26,877 bases of DNA from a virus (taxonomy: Duplodnaviria > Caudoviricetes). The DNA lies in the IMG/VR virus record IMGVR_UViG_3300042807_000409, positions 1-26,877 of that record; one strand, written 5' to 3'. The translations under genes and the position numbers were made by a program. The notes beneath the pieces were generated by a model. It searched no databases and was not told the origin of the DNA. It saw only the letters and a list, made by a program, of their open reading frames with translations. This document shows, one piece after another, positions 26,008 through 26,877 of the stretch; position 1 is the stretch's first letter; every line of letters starts with the position of its first letter.

Positions 26008-26312
26008 TAGGCAGGTCCGGCAGAGGGCATCACAGGCTCAGCAGACGCCCCACCAACAATTTCTGGCTCCTCTGGCTGAACGATTGTGACCTCGCCGTAA
26101 GGGCTCTCTACCCAAGCCATCTCTGAATGGTTCCAGTTCCACTGAAAGCCGGGGTTGTCGGTCGGCTTCGGGTCACGCACCACCCACTCCCAGTTCAGCC
26201 AGACAAGTTCCTTGCCATCAGGTACTTCAGGAGGGTTAGGCACTTCCAGCCAGCCCTCGGTGCCGTCAGTTTCAGGTTTTGGAATCGACCCGTTTTTTGA
26301 GTAGAGCATCAT
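26007..26312 (-). CDS. Small Trp/Pro-rich tail-fibre-associated protein
   Basis: ATGA overlap with LamG gene stop; repeated P...W.W....WV motif. Confidence 0.7.
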   Translation of the reverse strand: MMLYSKNGSIPKPETDGTEGWLEVPNPPEVPDGKELVWLNWEWVVRDPKPTDNPGFQWNWNHSEMAWVESPYGEVTIVQPEEPEIVGGASAEPVMPSAGPA

Positions 26313-26877
26313 TGATCCTGCCATTGAGAAGTTTGAGGTGTGAAGTTAGCGGTGTATCTTGCGATGCCCTTGGTAATGCGGAGATCGTCTATGTAGCCAG
26401 AAGCCTCTGCCATAGCAGTAGTGTTCCACCAAACTCCAATGCCTTTTTGATAGGTAGAACGGCTTACAATCGAACCAGAAATGCCTGTTAGATTTAAGTC
26501 TCTGTTGCCATTGACAAACAACATCCATGTGGTTCCGCTTCTAACATACGCAATGTGATTCCATGCGTTTTGTGTGACTGTAGTTGTTCCAATCGCATTC
26601 CCACCAGCATCTGCGTTTAGGAGATTCCAAGATGATCCATTACTGCTTGCCCAAATACCAATCTTTTGATTTGTTGATACGCCACTGTAATCAATACCAA
26701 TAGACCAGTCTGCGCCAAAACTACCATGATAAAGAGCTTGTCGGGATGTTGATGTTGGGTACCACCAAAATTCAATGGTGAAATCACCGCTACCAAATTC
26801 CAATGACTCGTTTGGTTTTGTTAATAAATAAGCATCATTGCTTCCAAACGCCAATGACCCTGTACCATACTTCTTAA
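26309..26877 (-). CDS. LamG/concanavalin A-like domain tail protein (C-terminal part; 5'-truncated)
   Basis: KKYGTGSL.F, GDFTIEFW, WNHIAYVR, LFVNG, GYIDDLRITKG.ARY; frame open to window end. Confidence 0.9.
   Translation of the reverse strand, partial: KKYGTGSLAFGSNDAYLLTKPNESLEFGSGDFTIEFWWYPTSTSRQALYHGSFGADWSIGIDYSGVSTNQKIGIWASSNGSSWNLLNADAGGNAIGTTTVTQNAWNHIAYVRSGTTWMLFVNGNRDLNLTGISGSIVSRSTYQKGIGVWWNTTAMAEASGYIDDLRITKGIARYTANFTPQTSQWQDQ

Noticed and set aside
1-26877. Stop-codon reassignment, inteins or introns
   Set aside because: TAA, TAG and TGA all end well-coupled genes; polymerase and helicases are uninterrupted and of normal length.

Overview
Gene-dense 26.9 kb segment of a tailed dsDNA bacteriophage with podovirus-like architecture; both window ends cut through genes. 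Left to right: (1) a leftward array of about 14 small accessory ORFs, including modular paralogues with repeated junction sequences, DUF3310, two winged-HTH proteins, a ribbon-helix-helix protein and a very acidic protein; (2) a rightward GNAT acetyltransferase + HNH pair; (3) a leftward replication operon: family A DNA polymerase (Leu762 type), UvrD-like SF1 helicase, AEP/PriCT primase, probable SSB and two conserved unknowns; (4) a rightward SNF2-like helicase + PD-(D/E)XK exonuclease; (5) a leftward virion/lysis block: four large probable ejection proteins, a small protein, a needle-like protein, a P22 gp10-like tail hub, GH24 endolysin, holin, a small tail-associated protein and a truncated LamG tail protein. 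I see no tRNA, rRNA, CRISPR array, integrase, intein or reverse transcriptase. The best non-obvious signals are a candidate SD-sequestering RNA pseudoknot leader before the ejection genes, a cassette-like small-ORF array whose repeated 3' ends carry the next gene's RBS/start, two related promoters (one with a palindrome), and a small protein with a SAVED/Csx3-like sequence pattern. All family calls come from recognising motifs by eye, not from database searches.
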